Virus record (IMG/VR): IMGVR_UViG_3300045988_051752
DNA from: a virus
Reading direction: 5' to 3' (one strand)
Length of the DNA stretch: 42,218 nt
Shown: one piece after another, positions 1-9,692 of the stretch
Layout: every line of letters starts with the position of its first letter
Position numbering within the stretch: the stretch's first letter is position 1
Notes under the pieces: generated by a model
Seen by the model: the letters and a program-made list of their open reading frames with translations, nothing else
Databases searched by the model: none
Told to the model about the DNA's origin: nothing
Position numbers and translations under genes: made by a program

Positions 1-75
1 AAGCAAGGCCGGTAGAATTGACAGCGGAAGATTTACAAGAACCGCAGATTGACGCACAGGCAAAAGAAAAAAAAG
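1..75. repeat. Terminal direct repeat, copy A (identical to 42144-42218)
   Basis: Base-by-base comparison: aagcaaggccggtagaattgacagcggaagatttacaagaaccgcagattgacgcacaggcaaaagaaaaaaaag occurs at both ends. Confidence 0.97.
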
Positions 76-3000
76 CGGTGCAGGAAAATGTACGCCAAAG
101 AGAAAAAGTACCGGAAACGGGCGCACAGCGAAGCGTAGAAGGGGTAAATTACAAAGGACTACAGGGAGATATCGAAGGAATAGACCGGGTAGAGAACGGA
201 AAGATTTATGCACGGGTAAACACAGGGGATGCAACAATCGTACAGCCGGTAAGCAACTTAAACTTCGACAATGCTGTCACGCAGGCGCTCTACCAGACAG
301 CAGAAGGATACAAAGATGCCGGAGCAAGAAATTTCGTGATGGAGTACAACGGAGAAAGCCTGATAGCGTACAAAAAAGGATTCAATGCGTATTACGATGC
401 AGCAACTGTAGGAATCCCGATGGGGAAAGTAAACAGCGTATACGGAAACATGCTTACAGAAAAACAAAAAGCAGCGGCGTATGCAGCTGGAGAAACAGAT
501 CTTAATTTCGAACAAAGGCATGAAAACTTAAAAGTGGCGCGTGAGACCAAAACAGCAGGATCGCAGGTGCTGGAAAACGACGCTTTCAGAAGCCTGACGA
601 AGGAAAACCAGACAATATTAAAGGCATATGCAAAGATGTCCGGGGCAAACGTGGTGGTAGACGAGACAATTTCAGCAGGAAACGGACGGTATGCGAACGG
701 CTACTACGACAATAACGGAACGATCCATATTGCAGCGGATGCCACAAGCCCGATAAGCGTAGTGGCAAACCACGAACTGACGCACTACCTGCAGCAATAT
801 TCACCGATTTATGATGAGTACAAGAATGAGGTCATCAACTATCTGATGCAAAAAGAAAACATGCCATTGGACGGTTTGATCGAAAGACATATGTCAAATT
901 ATGAGAATGCAGGCCGCCAGATTTCCAGAGAGGAAGCTATGGACGAAATCGTGGCAAATGCAAGCGAAATGTTCCTGACGGATGAATCAGCAGTACAGCG
1001 GATGGTAAAAGAAAACAGATCCATCGGAGAGAAAGTGCTGGACTTCTTTAAAGAATTTATTTCGAACTTGAAGAAAATGCTCGAAGGATACGAACCGAAG
1101 AGCAAAGAAGCACAGATGCTGAATGAAGACTTGGAAATGGCACGAAAAACAGAAAAGATCTGGCTGGAAGCCATGCAGGATGCGAAGCGAACGGGGGGAG
1201 GAGATGCGAGCATAGAAAATGTAAATGTAGCAGTAGCGAATGACGGAAGTGCATATAGAACATATTCCTTGAAGACATGGAACGAATCGGAGTACGCGAC
1301 GGAGAAGAAAAAGGCAGCAGAGGAGCTGGCAGAAGCGATCGGAGTAACGAAAAGAACAGCAACCGAATATATCAACAACATAAATAGCATCGCGGCAATC
1401 ATCGCGGAAGACAAGGAGAGGCTTGACTATAAGGCGTCGCCATACGGGAGCGCGTGGAAGTCGAACGCTGAATACGGAGGGTCGATAGACATGTCGACGC
1501 TGTGCCCGAAAAGAAGAATGTATACAGGGACGGTAGCAGAGATACAGAAGGCGATGCCGAACACGGCTCTGACAGCAGAAGACTATGTAAGCATAAGGTC
1601 AATGATGATGGAGAAAGGATACGAGGTGGCTTGCGGATTCTGCTATGTAGAATCATCAAGAAAAGACATAGGAAAATACACGGGGGAATTTCTGGAACAA
1701 TATAAAAAGGATCACCCAGAAAGCAATTACACACAAGTGGACTTCAACACACCAGAAGGCCTGGAAAAAGTACAGGAGTCAGACAAGGGGGCATACGACA
1801 AGTATCTGGAATTCATGAACAGGCTCGCGCAAAGAAAACCGAAATTATTTGAAAACAGGACAGAGTACAGACATGAGATACTGGATGCATTTAAGAGAAA
1901 GGAGACAATAGAAAAGAAAAACAAAAACGGGGGAGTTAGGTTACAAAGCTTCTCGGATTTTGAAACGCCACATTTGATAGATATGATGCAGGTGATCATC
2001 GACATGTCGAGGGTAGGGCTTGGAGGACAAGCATACACAAAAATGCCGAACTTCGCATGGGCGCTCGGAGATACCGGATTAAAGATAAACCTATCATTGG
2101 TAGGAAATGTGGATGAAAAAGGAAACCTAACGTTTGATGATGTGGAGGGCATGCCGATAGATGAGGCAATGAAACTGAGGAAACGGTATTCAAAAAACGT
2201 AGGAACGATCCTTGTGGGAGTGAGTGACGAACACATACTGGCAGCAATGAAAGATGATAGGATAGACTTCATCATACCGTTTCACAGAAGCCAATGGAAC
2301 AAAAGCCTATACTCTGCGCTGGGGATAGATGGGTACAAAGATTACACAAAGCTGCAGAATGAAAGCTACATCGAAGAAAGACGAAACAAAAACGGGAAAA
2401 AGATGCGTCCAAGCAATTTTATGCCAAACGAATACTGGGATTATTCAAAAACCGGGAAACAGAATGCGGAAAAATACTTAGAAATGTGTGCAGAGGATGG
2501 AAGAATTCCGAAATTCAGCAATTTTCTTAAATACAATGAAGACGGAACGTGGTCACTGAAAGAAGACGGAAGCACAGATGGATATTGGAAATTGCTGGGA
2601 GATTTCAAGATGTACGACAACGAAGGAAAGGGATCACCGCAGAAACCGGTAAAGCCGAAATTTAACATGGATGAATGCGAAAGGATACTGAACGAATACG
2701 AAGGAGGGCACCAAAGTTTCCCTGTGGCAAAAGATGTCGTAAGAGAATTTCTGGAAGAAAGAAAAGATAAGAAATTCATGATAAAAGAAGACATCAGATA
2801 TCAGATGGAGGATGCCTCCGAAGTAGACTACGATACGCTGAAAGCGGAAAACAAGGACCTGAAAGAATTAAACAGCATATTGGGAGGAATGATAAAGGCA
2901 ACAAAGGGAATAGAACCGGACCAGGATGCGATAAAGAAGGTCGGAAAGAAAATTCTGAAAGACTATAACTCGGATTATAATCTGGATACATTTACAAGAA

Positions 3001-6000
3001 ATATGACCGGTATATGGAAGTATATATCAGGATCCAAAAACATAGACGCAGAGCAGGTGGCAATAGCCACGGCGGACATGGCAAAGGGAATCCTGGAACA
3101 CGCAAAGGTAAATGTAAACGAGAGATACGCAGAGCAGTATAAAGATCTGGCAAAAGAGGTAAGACAGATCAAGCTGGAAGTGCCGGAAGAGATGAGGGGA
3201 GATTTCGACCGGGAAGGAGGATACGCGGAATTCCGAAAGAGAAATTTCGGAACGTTAAAGCTGGGAAAAGAAGGACAGAGCATTGATTCCTACTACCAGT
3301 CCCTGGCAGAAAGATACCCGGAGCTGTTTGACGAAACTATATACACCAACCCTGCGGATCGGCTCATGCACATAGCGGAAGTGATGGAAAGTATAAAGCC
3401 GAAGTATGAAAATGCATTTGGAATGGATCTTGATGAAGCAGCAGCGGATCTGGCGCATGAAATCTATCAGTCGTATTTTGATATTGCAGCAGGAAAAGGC
3501 TCTATTGATTCGATCAGAAAGAATGTGATAGAAAAAGAGCGGTTGAAATACAAGAAATACAGGGAGAAAATGCGGGATGATTACAAAAAGTACAGGGAAG
3601 AGTACAGAGGGAATTTTGCGCAGAGAAGAAAGGAGAACTTTGAAAAGAAAGCCTATTCGAAAAACATCGAACAGACAGCAAACAGATTAAGCAGATGGCT
3701 TTTGAATCCGACGAACACCAACAGCGTACCGGAGAGTTTAAGGGGGCCGGTGGCTGAATTCTTAAATTCCATCAATTTAAGCAGTAAGGACGTGAATGTG
3801 TACGGAAATCCCACGCAGAGAACGCTTAAATGGCAGGCTCTATCAAGGGCATATGAGAATATCATCAAAGCGCAGGACAAGTCGGAATACACGGGACAAT
3901 TCATAGACCTGGATCCGGATCTGGTAAACATGCTGAATGATCTGACGGAAAAGAATAAAGAGGTAATGCTTGCAGATATGACTGTGCAGGACATGAAGGA
4001 ATTGAACCGGCTGATAATGGCTGTGAAAAAATCCATCGAAAGCACGAACACATTACTTGCAACAGAGAACTACAAGAGAGTGTCAGATCTGGGAGAGAAG
4101 TTCCTGGAAGAAAACGAGAAAAAAGAAAGTGCAAAGGAAAGTGTATACGGAACCGTAAATACAGCAAGAAACTTCATGAAGCTGGATATGTTGGATTCAA
4201 GGACGTATTTCAATTCACTGGGAAAAGCAGGAATGGATATATACGGGGCATTGAGAAGCGGACTGGACAAAAAAACGAGAAATATCAAAATTGCGCACGA
4301 CTACATAAAAAATCTGATAGGAGAAACAGATATATCAGAGTGGTCGGGAGACAAGGCGAAGCTGCACGAATTCGAAACCGAGGGAAGGGAAGAGTTAAAA
4401 CTCACAACAGCACAAGTCATGAGCCTGTACAGATTGCTACAGAGAGACCAGGCAAAGAAACACATTCTGGAAGGAGGAATAAGGCCGGAAAAAACCATAA
4501 CAAAAGCAGGGAAGCTCAAAAAAGAAGTTACAAGATACTATGAACCGATACGGGTAACCGAAAAAGACCTGCTGAACATCATAGACACACTGACGCCGGA
4601 GCAGAAAAGGATTGCTGATGGAATCACGGATTTCTTCACTTCAACAACATCTGCCTGGGGAAACGAAGTGTCCATGCAGTTGTACGGATACAGGAAATTC
4701 ATGGCAAGAAACTACTTCCCGATCGTTTCGGATAACAGCTTTACGAATTCGGCAAGCGGAGACCAGCAGGGAAACGTACAGACCTTGAAAAACATGGGAA
4801 GTACAAAAGCGACCGTGCCGCATGCAGGAAACCCGATCATATTACAGGATATTTTTGATGTATATGCAAGGCAGTCCGACCAGATGGCAAGCTACAATGC
4901 ATTTGTGGTGCCGCTAACAGACCTGCAGAAGTGGTACAACTACAGAGGAGATCCTACGATAACGAAGTACAAAAAATCTGTAAAACAGACCATAACAAGG
5001 ACAATGGGGCAAAATGGAAGGGCATATCTGGACACCTTGGTGCGGAGAATAAACGGAGTAGCCGAGAAAGAAACGGCAAAACAGATATGGTCAAGCCTGA
5101 CATCGAACATGAAGTCTGCGGCAATCGGAGCGAACTTAAGAGTTGTACTGCAGCAGCCGACGGCGATTGTAAGAGCAGCAACCGTGATCGATGCAAAGTA
5201 CCTGATGAAAGGAATGGCAAAAAAAGCGGACGGAGACCAGATGAAGAAGTACGCACCGATAGCACAGTGGAAAGACTGGGGATATTTCGAAATGGACACC
5301 GGCCGGCAGATGAAGGATGTTATTCTTGGGAAGGAATCGTTGAAAGACAAAGCAATGGCACCGGCAGGAATGGCCGATGACTTCACATGGGGGAAAATCT
5401 GGAATGCGGTATTGTATGAAACGAAGGATAAAACGGACTTAAAACCGGGATCGGAAGAATTCTATCAGGCAGCAGGAAAGAGATTCTCTGAAATCATCGA
5501 CAGAACACAGGTTGTCGATTCCATCCTGCACAGGTCAAGTGTAATGATCCAGAAGGACAATGCGACAAAAATGGCAACATCCTTTATGTCGGAGCCTATA
5601 AAAACCTACAACATGGTCTACGACACGCTGATGAACACGCCGGGAGGAAAGAAGGAAGTCGCAAAGAGCATGGCAAAGCTGCTGGTGATCCTGACGGTAC
5701 AAAATGCAGTGAACGCACTGGCGCAGACACTGGCGGATGTATGGAGAGATGATGACGATGAAACAGCATGGGTGGATGTAGAAACATGGAAAGATAATTT
5801 CAAAGACAACATGAATCCACTTACATACATTCCGTACTTAAAGGAGATACCTTCGATATGGCAGGGATTTTCGGCAGAAAGGACGGAAATGACGGGTATC
5901 ACGGATTCGGTGCAGGGATTACAGAAATGGATCAAATACTTCCAGGGAGAATCAAAGTATACGGCAGCAGGGCTTGTGAGAGAATCCATGAAACCGATCA

Positions 6001-6938
6001 GTGAGTTGTCGGGAATGCCAATAAACTCCACGCTCAGAGAGTTTGAAAGCCTGGCGGATTTGATTGCATGGAACTATCGCAAGGTAACAGGAAACGAAAC
6101 TGCGAAAGCCGAGTATGAGATCAAAAAGACATTTTACAGAGCAGGAAGTCCGAAGAACAGAAATATGTTCATCGGACTTTACGGAAGAGCAAGGGAAGAG
6201 GGGGATTACAAAACAGCAGCAGCCATCTATAACGATCTGCAAAAAGCCGGGAACACCAAAGAAAGGCTTGACAATGCGTATAAGAAATGGAAGAAGAAAA
6301 GGGATGAGGGACTGCTGGAAGCAGATGAAGGCTTGCAGAAGGAAATAACAGAGGCATACAAAAACAACGACATGGAAACATTCAAATCCGCATCGGAAGA
6401 ATTGAAGAGCAAGGGTATAGACATTAACACCGCGCTGGATCAGATTGAAGACGAGGAAAAAGAGGAAGAGGAATACGAAGTGTCGGAAGTAACGCCGGAA
6501 GACCTGCAGAAGGAAGATAACACAGCAGAACTATACACCTTGCTTTACATGGCGACCCAAAACAATGATACACAGGCGCAGAACACATACAAAAAGCAGC
6601 TGAAAGAAGCTGGGGAAAAAGAGGAGGACTTCCAGAAAAACCTTTTAAAAGAGCAAAATGCCAAGGCTAAGGCAACAGGGGGAACGGAGTATAGCTACGA
6701 TGCACTGTTCAATGCTCTGGTATCCACAGAAGGGAAAAACGGCAAAAAGTATAAGGAAATAGAACAGGGGCTGAAAAAATACGGAAAAGACGATTCCACA
6801 ATAAAAAAATCCATGAAGTCCAGATTAAAAACAGCATATATGAACAGCAGAGGAAACGACAGGCTCACGAAAAAATATTCCGATTTGCTGAGAAGCTTCG
6901 GAGTGGACACACAAACGATTAAAGGATGGCTGGAATAA
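1..6938 (+). CDS. Giant multidomain protein, 3' part (stop TAA 6936-6938); combined ORF is 9,069 nt = 3,022 aa
   Basis: The frame is open from the first base. The track starts it at an internal TTG (18) only because the window begins there. It contains an HExxH motif (HELTH, 771-785), a Cys cluster (CPKRR...ACGFCYVE, from about 1503), and a long K/E-rich C-terminal tail. Coding-strand purine bias produces many spurious antisense ORFs. Confidence 0.85.
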   Translation, partial: ARPVELTAEDLQEPQIDAQAKEKKAVQENVRQREKVPETGAQRSVEGVNYKGLQGDIEGIDRVENGKIYARVNTGDATIVQPVSNLNFDNAVTQALYQTAEGYKDAGARNFVMEYNGESLIAYKKGFNAYYDAATVGIPMGKVNSVYGNMLTEKQKAAAYAAGETDLNFEQRHENLKVARETKTAGSQVLENDAFRSLTKENQTILKAYAKMSGANVVVDETISAGNGRYANGYYDNNGTIHIAADATSPISVVANHELTHYLQQYSPIYDEYKNEVINYLMQKENMPLDGLIERHMSNYENAGRQISREEAMDEIVANASEMFLTDESAVQRMVKENRSIGEKVLDFFKEFISNLKKMLEGYEPKSKEAQMLNEDLEMARKTEKIWLEAMQDAKRTGGGDASIENVNVAVANDGSAYRTYSLKTWNESEYATEKKKAAEELAEAIGVTKRTATEYINNINSIAAIIAEDKERLDYKASPYGSAWKSNAEYGGSIDMSTLCPKRRMYTGTVAEIQKAMPNTALTAEDYVSIRSMMMEKGYEVACGFCYVESSRKDIGKYTGEFLEQYKKDHPESNYTQVDFNTPEGLEKVQESDKGAYDKYLEFMNRLAQRKPKLFENRTEYRHEILDAFKRKETIEKKNKNGGVRLQSFSDFETPHLIDMMQVIIDMSRVGLGGQAYTKMPNFAWALGDTGLKINLSLVGNVDEKGNLTFDDVEGMPIDEAMKLRKRYSKNVGTILVGVSDEHILAAMKDDRIDFIIPFHRSQWNKSLYSALGIDGYKDYTKLQNESYIEERRNKNGKKMRPSNFMPNEYWDYSKTGKQNAEKYLEMCAEDGRIPKFSNFLKYNEDGTWSLKEDGSTDGYWKLLGDFKMYDNEGKGSPQKPVKPKFNMDECERILNEYEGGHQSFPVAKDVVREFLEERKDKKFMIKEDIRYQMEDASEVDYDTLKAENKDLKELNSILGGMIKATKGIEPDQDAIKKVGKKILKDYNSDYNLDTFTRNMTGIWKYISGSKNIDAEQVAIATADMAKGILEHAKVNVNERYAEQYKDLAKEVRQIKLEVPEEMRGDFDREGGYAEFRKRNFGTLKLGKEGQSIDSYYQSLAERYPELFDETIYTNPADRLMHIAEVMESIKPKYENAFGMDLDEAAADLAHEIYQSYFDIAAGKGSIDSIRKNVIEKERLKYKKYREKMRDDYKKYREEYRGNFAQRRKENFEKKAYSKNIEQTANRLSRWLLNPTNTNSVPESLRGPVAEFLNSINLSSKDVNVYGNPTQRTLKWQALSRAYENIIKAQDKSEYTGQFIDLDPDLVNMLNDLTEKNKEVMLADMTVQDMKELNRLIMAVKKSIESTNTLLATENYKRVSDLGEKFLEENEKKESAKESVYGTVNTARNFMKLDMLDSRTYFNSLGKAGMDIYGALRSGLDKKTRNIKIAHDYIKNLIGETDISEWSGDKAKLHEFETEGREELKLTTAQVMSLYRLLQRDQAKKHILEGGIRPEKTITKAGKLKKEVTRYYEPIRVTEKDLLNIIDTLTPEQKRIADGITDFFTSTTSAWGNEVSMQLYGYRKFMARNYFPIVSDNSFTNSASGDQQGNVQTLKNMGSTKATVPHAGNPIILQDIFDVYARQSDQMASYNAFVVPLTDLQKWYNYRGDPTITKYKKSVKQTITRTMGQNGRAYLDTLVRRINGVAEKETAKQIWSSLTSNMKSAAIGANLRVVLQQPTAIVRAATVIDAKYLMKGMAKKADGDQMKKYAPIAQWKDWGYFEMDTGRQMKDVILGKESLKDKAMAPAGMADDFTWGKIWNAVLYETKDKTDLKPGSEEFYQAAGKRFSEIIDRTQVVDSILHRSSVMIQKDNATKMATSFMSEPIKTYNMVYDTLMNTPGGKKEVAKSMAKLLVILTVQNAVNALAQTLADVWRDDDDETAWVDVETWKDNFKDNMNPLTYIPYLKEIPSIWQGFSAERTEMTGITDSVQGLQKWIKYFQGESKYTAAGLVRESMKPISELSGMPINSTLREFESLADLIAWNYRKVTGNETAKAEYEIKKTFYRAGSPKNRNMFIGLYGRAREEGDYKTAAAIYNDLQKAGNTKERLDNAYKKWKKKRDEGLLEADEGLQKEITEAYKNNDMETFKSASEELKSKGIDINTALDQIEDEEKEEEEYEVSEVTPEDLQKEDNTAELYTLLYMATQNNDTQAQNTYKKQLKEAGEKEEDFQKNLLKEQNAKAKATGGTEYSYDALFNALVSTEGKNGKKYKEIEQGLKKYGKDDSTIKKSMKSRLKTAYMNSRGNDRLTKKYSDLLRSFGVDTQTIKGWLE
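771..785 (+). other. HExxH (HELTH) zincin-type metallopeptidase motif inside the giant ORF
   Basis: Sequence context is IHIAADATSPISVVANHELTHYLQQYSP. This is the classic zinc-binding HExxH pattern preceded by a hydrophobic strand. Assignment to the polyvalent-protein metallopeptidase family is from memory, not a search. Confidence 0.5.
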
Positions 6939-6945
6939 AGAAAAT

Positions 6946-6968
6946 GGGCGGAGAAATCCGCTCATTTT
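6946..6968 (+). terminator. Weak intrinsic terminator after the giant ORF
   Basis: Stem gggcgga / tccgctc with one mismatch, GAAA loop, followed by attttcc. Confidence 0.35.
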
Positions 6969-7002
6969 CCACACCTAAGAGGGAGAAAAGAAAAAAAACA
7001 TC

Positions 7003-7011
7003 TGCTAGAAT
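7003..7011 (+). promoter_or_regulatory. Possible extended -10 element (TGcTAGAAT) ahead of the lysis cassette
   Basis: Fits the TGnTAnAAT pattern 33 nt upstream of the xhlA-like start. No convincing -35. Confidence 0.2.
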
Positions 7012-7043
7012 GATGAAAAGGGAACACAAAGGAGGACGCAGAT

Positions 7044-7340
7044 GTGACAAACGAAGAGATTGCTGTTTTTCTGACCAAACACAAGGAAGAGATTGGATCG
7101 CTAAAGCATCGAATGAATGAGCAAGAGGAGAACAGCAAGACGATCCAGAATCTGGCGTTATCCGTGCGAGACCTGGCAGTAAACATGAAGAACATGATGA
7201 CAGAGCAGCAAAGAGCCAATGACCGGCTGGAAGCGCTGGAAGCAAAAGACGGGGAAATGTGGCGAAAGGTAGTAGGATATGTCGTAACACTGCTGATCGG
7301 CGCAGTGTTTGGATATATCACAAAACAAATCGGAATGTAG
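7044..7340 (+). CDS. xhlA: XhlA-like lysis-associated membrane protein (coiled coil + C-terminal TM)
   Basis: GTG start 7 nt after AAAGGAGGA (7028-7036). 98 aa with a coiled-coil N-terminus, DRLEALEAKDGEMWRK, then TM VVGYVVTLLIGAVFGYI. It sits immediately upstream of the holin, as in PBSX xhlA-xhlB-xlyA. Confidence 0.6.
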   Translation: MTNEEIAVFLTKHKEEIGSLKHRMNEQEENSKTIQNLALSVRDLAVNMKNMMTEQQRANDRLEALEAKDGEMWRKVVGYVVTLLIGAVFGYITKQIGM

Positions 7341-7350
7341 GAGGTATAAG

Positions 7351-7587
7351 ATGTTTAAAAATTGCGTATTTAAAGTATCCGTAGATACGAAAAAATGGGT
7401 AAAAGCGGCAGCAGTAAGGGCTGTGAAGACCATGGCACAGACGGCAGTGGTTACAATCGGAGCAGCGTCTGTCATGGAGGATGTCAGCTGGGGGATGGCG
7501 GTAAGCGCGGCAGTGCTGACGGGAATTGTGTCGGTGCTGACAAGCATTGCGGGAATTCCGGAGGTGCCGGATGAAAACGAGCAGTAA
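7351..7587 (+). CDS. Holin (r1t / phiLC3-like)
   Basis: ATG at 7351 after GGAGG. 78 aa. N-terminal motif KAAAVRAVKTMAQTAVV, two hydrophobic segments, C-terminal SIAGIPEVPDE. Overlaps the endolysin start. Confidence 0.75.
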   Translation: MFKNCVFKVSVDTKKWVKAAAVRAVKTMAQTAVVTIGAASVMEDVSWGMAVSAAVLTGIVSVLTSIAGIPEVPDENEQ

Positions 7588-8188
7588 AGGAATCGCATTA
7601 ATCAAAAGCTTTGAAGGATGCAGGTTGCGGGCATACAGAGACAGCGTAGGGGTGCTCACGATCGGATATGGCCACACCGGAGACGTAAGAGAAGGACAGG
7701 TTATATCCCAAGGATTCGCAGAAGAACTGCTGAAAGCAGACCTGACAAGATTTGAAAGGAATGTAACAAGGTATACACCTTTTGAAATGAACCAGAATCA
7801 GTTCGATGCTCTTGTTTCGTTTGCTTTTAACTGCGGAGCTGGAAACCTGAAAAAGCTGGTATCAGGAAGAAATAAAGACCAGGTGGCAAGAAAGATCCTG
7901 GAATACAACAAGGCCGGAGGAAGGGTTTTGGCAGGTCTGACAAGGAGAAGACAGGCGGAAAGAGCATTATTCCTGTCCGGGGGAAACAGAACACTGAAAA
8001 ACGGAAGCAGAGGGGATGATGTCAAGGAACTCCAGAGGATACTGACGAAGGAGGGCTTCCCGTGCGGAGCGGCAGACGGAATCTTCGGGAAAGCAACGAA
8101 GAAAGCGGTGATCGAATACCAGAACAGAGAAGGACTTGTAGCGGACGGGATCGTCGGAGAAAAGACGTGGAAAGCATTAGGAAAATAA
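7571..8188 (+). CDS. Endolysin: GH24 lysozyme domain + C-terminal PG_binding_1 domain
   Basis: GIALIKSFEGCRLRAYRDSVGVLTIGYGHT is the T4/lambda-type lysozyme signature with catalytic Glu. The C-terminus DVKELQRILTKEGFPCGAADGIFGKATKKAVIEYQ...GIVGEKTW is a peptidoglycan-binding repeat. Confidence 0.92.
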   Translation: MKTSSKGIALIKSFEGCRLRAYRDSVGVLTIGYGHTGDVREGQVISQGFAEELLKADLTRFERNVTRYTPFEMNQNQFDALVSFAFNCGAGNLKKLVSGRNKDQVARKILEYNKAGGRVLAGLTRRRQAERALFLSGGNRTLKNGSRGDDVKELQRILTKEGFPCGAADGIFGKATKKAVIEYQNREGLVADGIVGEKTWKALGK

Positions 8189-8200
8189 AGGAGATAAGCG

Positions 8201-8494
8201 GTGAAAGCATTTGTAAATGAAATTTACATGCATCCGCTACCGGAAAACTTTAAAAACCATATGAGGAATGACCTGGGATTTGGAGAGGATCACAAAAAGA
8301 TCATCGACAGCATGTCAAAGCACTACGGGGACAGCACATTTCATTACCAGGACACTATGATACCCAAGAGGAGATATGAATACCTCTTGGGTATTGTTGT
8401 ATCAAGACATATGGAAGAACTTCTCCGGCTGGCGGTGATAGGTTACAAATACGAACAGAACACGGACAAAAGCACAATCCAAAATAAAGTATGA
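8201..8494 (+). CDS. Hypothetical protein (97 aa)
   Basis: GTG start 7 nt after AAAGGAG. No motif recognised. Confidence 0.6.
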   Translation: MKAFVNEIYMHPLPENFKNHMRNDLGFGEDHKKIIDSMSKHYGDSTFHYQDTMIPKRRYEYLLGIVVSRHMEELLRLAVIGYKYEQNTDKSTIQNKV

Positions 8495-8518
8495 TAGAAA
8501 TATGAAAGGAGGGTGCTT

Positions 8519-9016
8519 ATGGGATACGAATATGCATCGAACGCAAAAGCAAACGGTGCCCTGGCAACGGGTATCGTCGGGGCAACTCTCAGCGGTCTTC
8601 TGACACTGGGAGCAGGAGGAAGACTTATGAACGGCGGCATGATGGATGGCACATGCAATCAGCCGATCACAAAGTTTGAGATGGAGCAGCAGAGCGTGAT
8701 TGCAGCAAAGGATGCGGAGATCGCACTACTGAAATCCGAACAGAACACAGAAACAAAGATCGCTGACGTATACGAGCGTCTTATCACTCGCATCAATCAG
8801 GATCAGAGAGAGCAGCAGGCGTGGAACGCAAACCAGGCCGTGGCAAACGCACAGATGTCCTCTGCAATCGCCGTGAACAACAACAGCATTGCGGCCATCC
8901 AGAACATTCTCAACAACCTGACGAAGGTTGTGATCCCTGCGACAAGCGTATGCCCGGAGCCTATGTCCCGGTATAATTCCTGGACGGCGCCGACATCGCC
9001 CACCACAACCGGCTAA
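8519..9016 (+). CDS. Hypothetical membrane-anchored coiled-coil protein (165 aa)
   Basis: ATG at 8519 after AAAGGAGGG. N-terminal TM GALATGIVGATLSGLLTLGAGG followed by a Q/N/A-rich coiled coil. Confidence 0.7.
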   Translation: MGYEYASNAKANGALATGIVGATLSGLLTLGAGGRLMNGGMMDGTCNQPITKFEMEQQSVIAAKDAEIALLKSEQNTETKIADVYERLITRINQDQREQQAWNANQAVANAQMSSAIAVNNNSIAAIQNILNNLTKVVIPATSVCPEPMSRYNSWTAPTSPTTTG

Positions 9017-9058
9017 TGAATGCGGGGCAATAGCCCCGCTGACCGGAGAAAGGAAAAT

Positions 9059-9409
9059 ATGTACTCCGAAGAACAGATTGTAGACGGATTGGTCAGATAC
9101 GCAGACCAGGAAATCTTAACAAAAATGCCACTGAAAGAACAGATCATTGCATCAACCGCACTGTTTGTGGCAGTAAAAAATAAGCAATACGTATTCCGGA
9201 ACCTGAGGGACAATGCATATGTAAAAATGCTTGGTGCGGTAAACGACAACAAAGAAGTGGACGCAGAGGCAGTTCTGGACGGACTGAAAGCATCACTTGA
9301 AAAGTACGGGAATCTGAAAGTAGACCTACCGTTTAAAGGATCAGGGAGCTTTACATTTACACCGGAAGATGCAGACCTGATGAAAAAATATATCAAAGGA
9401 GAACTGTGA
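9059..9409 (+). CDS. Hypothetical protein (116 aa)
   Basis: ATG at 9059 after GGAGAAAGG. The track start at 9020 lies inside a GC hairpin (9022-9039) and lacks an RBS. Confidence 0.65.
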   Translation: MYSEEQIVDGLVRYADQEILTKMPLKEQIIASTALFVAVKNKQYVFRNLRDNAYVKMLGAVNDNKEVDAEAVLDGLKASLEKYGNLKVDLPFKGSGSFTFTPEDADLMKKYIKGEL

Positions 9410-9663
9410 TGGAAGATTATAAGATTAAAGTATTAGAAAGCCTGGAAGACGAAATGGACGATGTGGACAAGTACATCCGGATGTCAAAAGTGGAAAGGGC
9501 AGAAGGAAGACATGAGTGCGCTGCCATGTTAAGAGAAACAGCCAGGGAAGAGCTGAAACATGCGAAGAGGCTCTGGCGGATTTACGAAAATCATGGATGG
9601 GAAGTACCGGAAGACGTAAAGAGAAGATATGCCGAAACGGAGCAGATGGTGCACGAGATGTAA
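9409..9663 (+). CDS. Hypothetical helical protein (84 aa)
   Basis: ATG at 9409, 7 nt after AGGAG, overlapping the upstream stop (GTGATG). Last plus-strand gene before the terminator and att region. Confidence 0.65.
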   Translation: MEDYKIKVLESLEDEMDDVDKYIRMSKVERAEGRHECAAMLRETAREELKHAKRLWRIYENHGWEVPEDVKRRYAETEQMVHEM

Positions 9664-9664
9664 G

Positions 9665-9690
9665 AAGGAGGCGGGAAACCGCCTCCTTTG
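9665..9690. terminator. Intrinsic terminator (10-bp stem, GAAA tetraloop, T-tail)
   Basis: aaggaggcgg-gaaa-ccgcctcctt followed by tg. Lies between the convergent lysis/cargo operon and the integrase gene. Confidence 0.8.
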
Positions 9691-9692
9691 CT

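Noticed and set aside
258-6910. Dozens of 60-180-aa minus-strand and out-of-frame ORFs inside the giant gene (for example 899..1414, 1727..2275, 3653..4051, 4940..5386, 5618..6031)
   Set aside because: They have Ser/Phe/Leu/Cys-rich low-complexity translations and no RBSs, and all are nested antisense to a purine-rich coding strand. This is the expected by-product of an AG-rich sense strand with few antisense stops.
9022-9039. The GC-rich hairpin gcggggc-aata-gccccgc after gene 8519..9016 as a possible terminator
   Set aside because: No U-tract follows and the next gene starts 20 nt later in the same operon. At most it is an RNA-stability or processing element.
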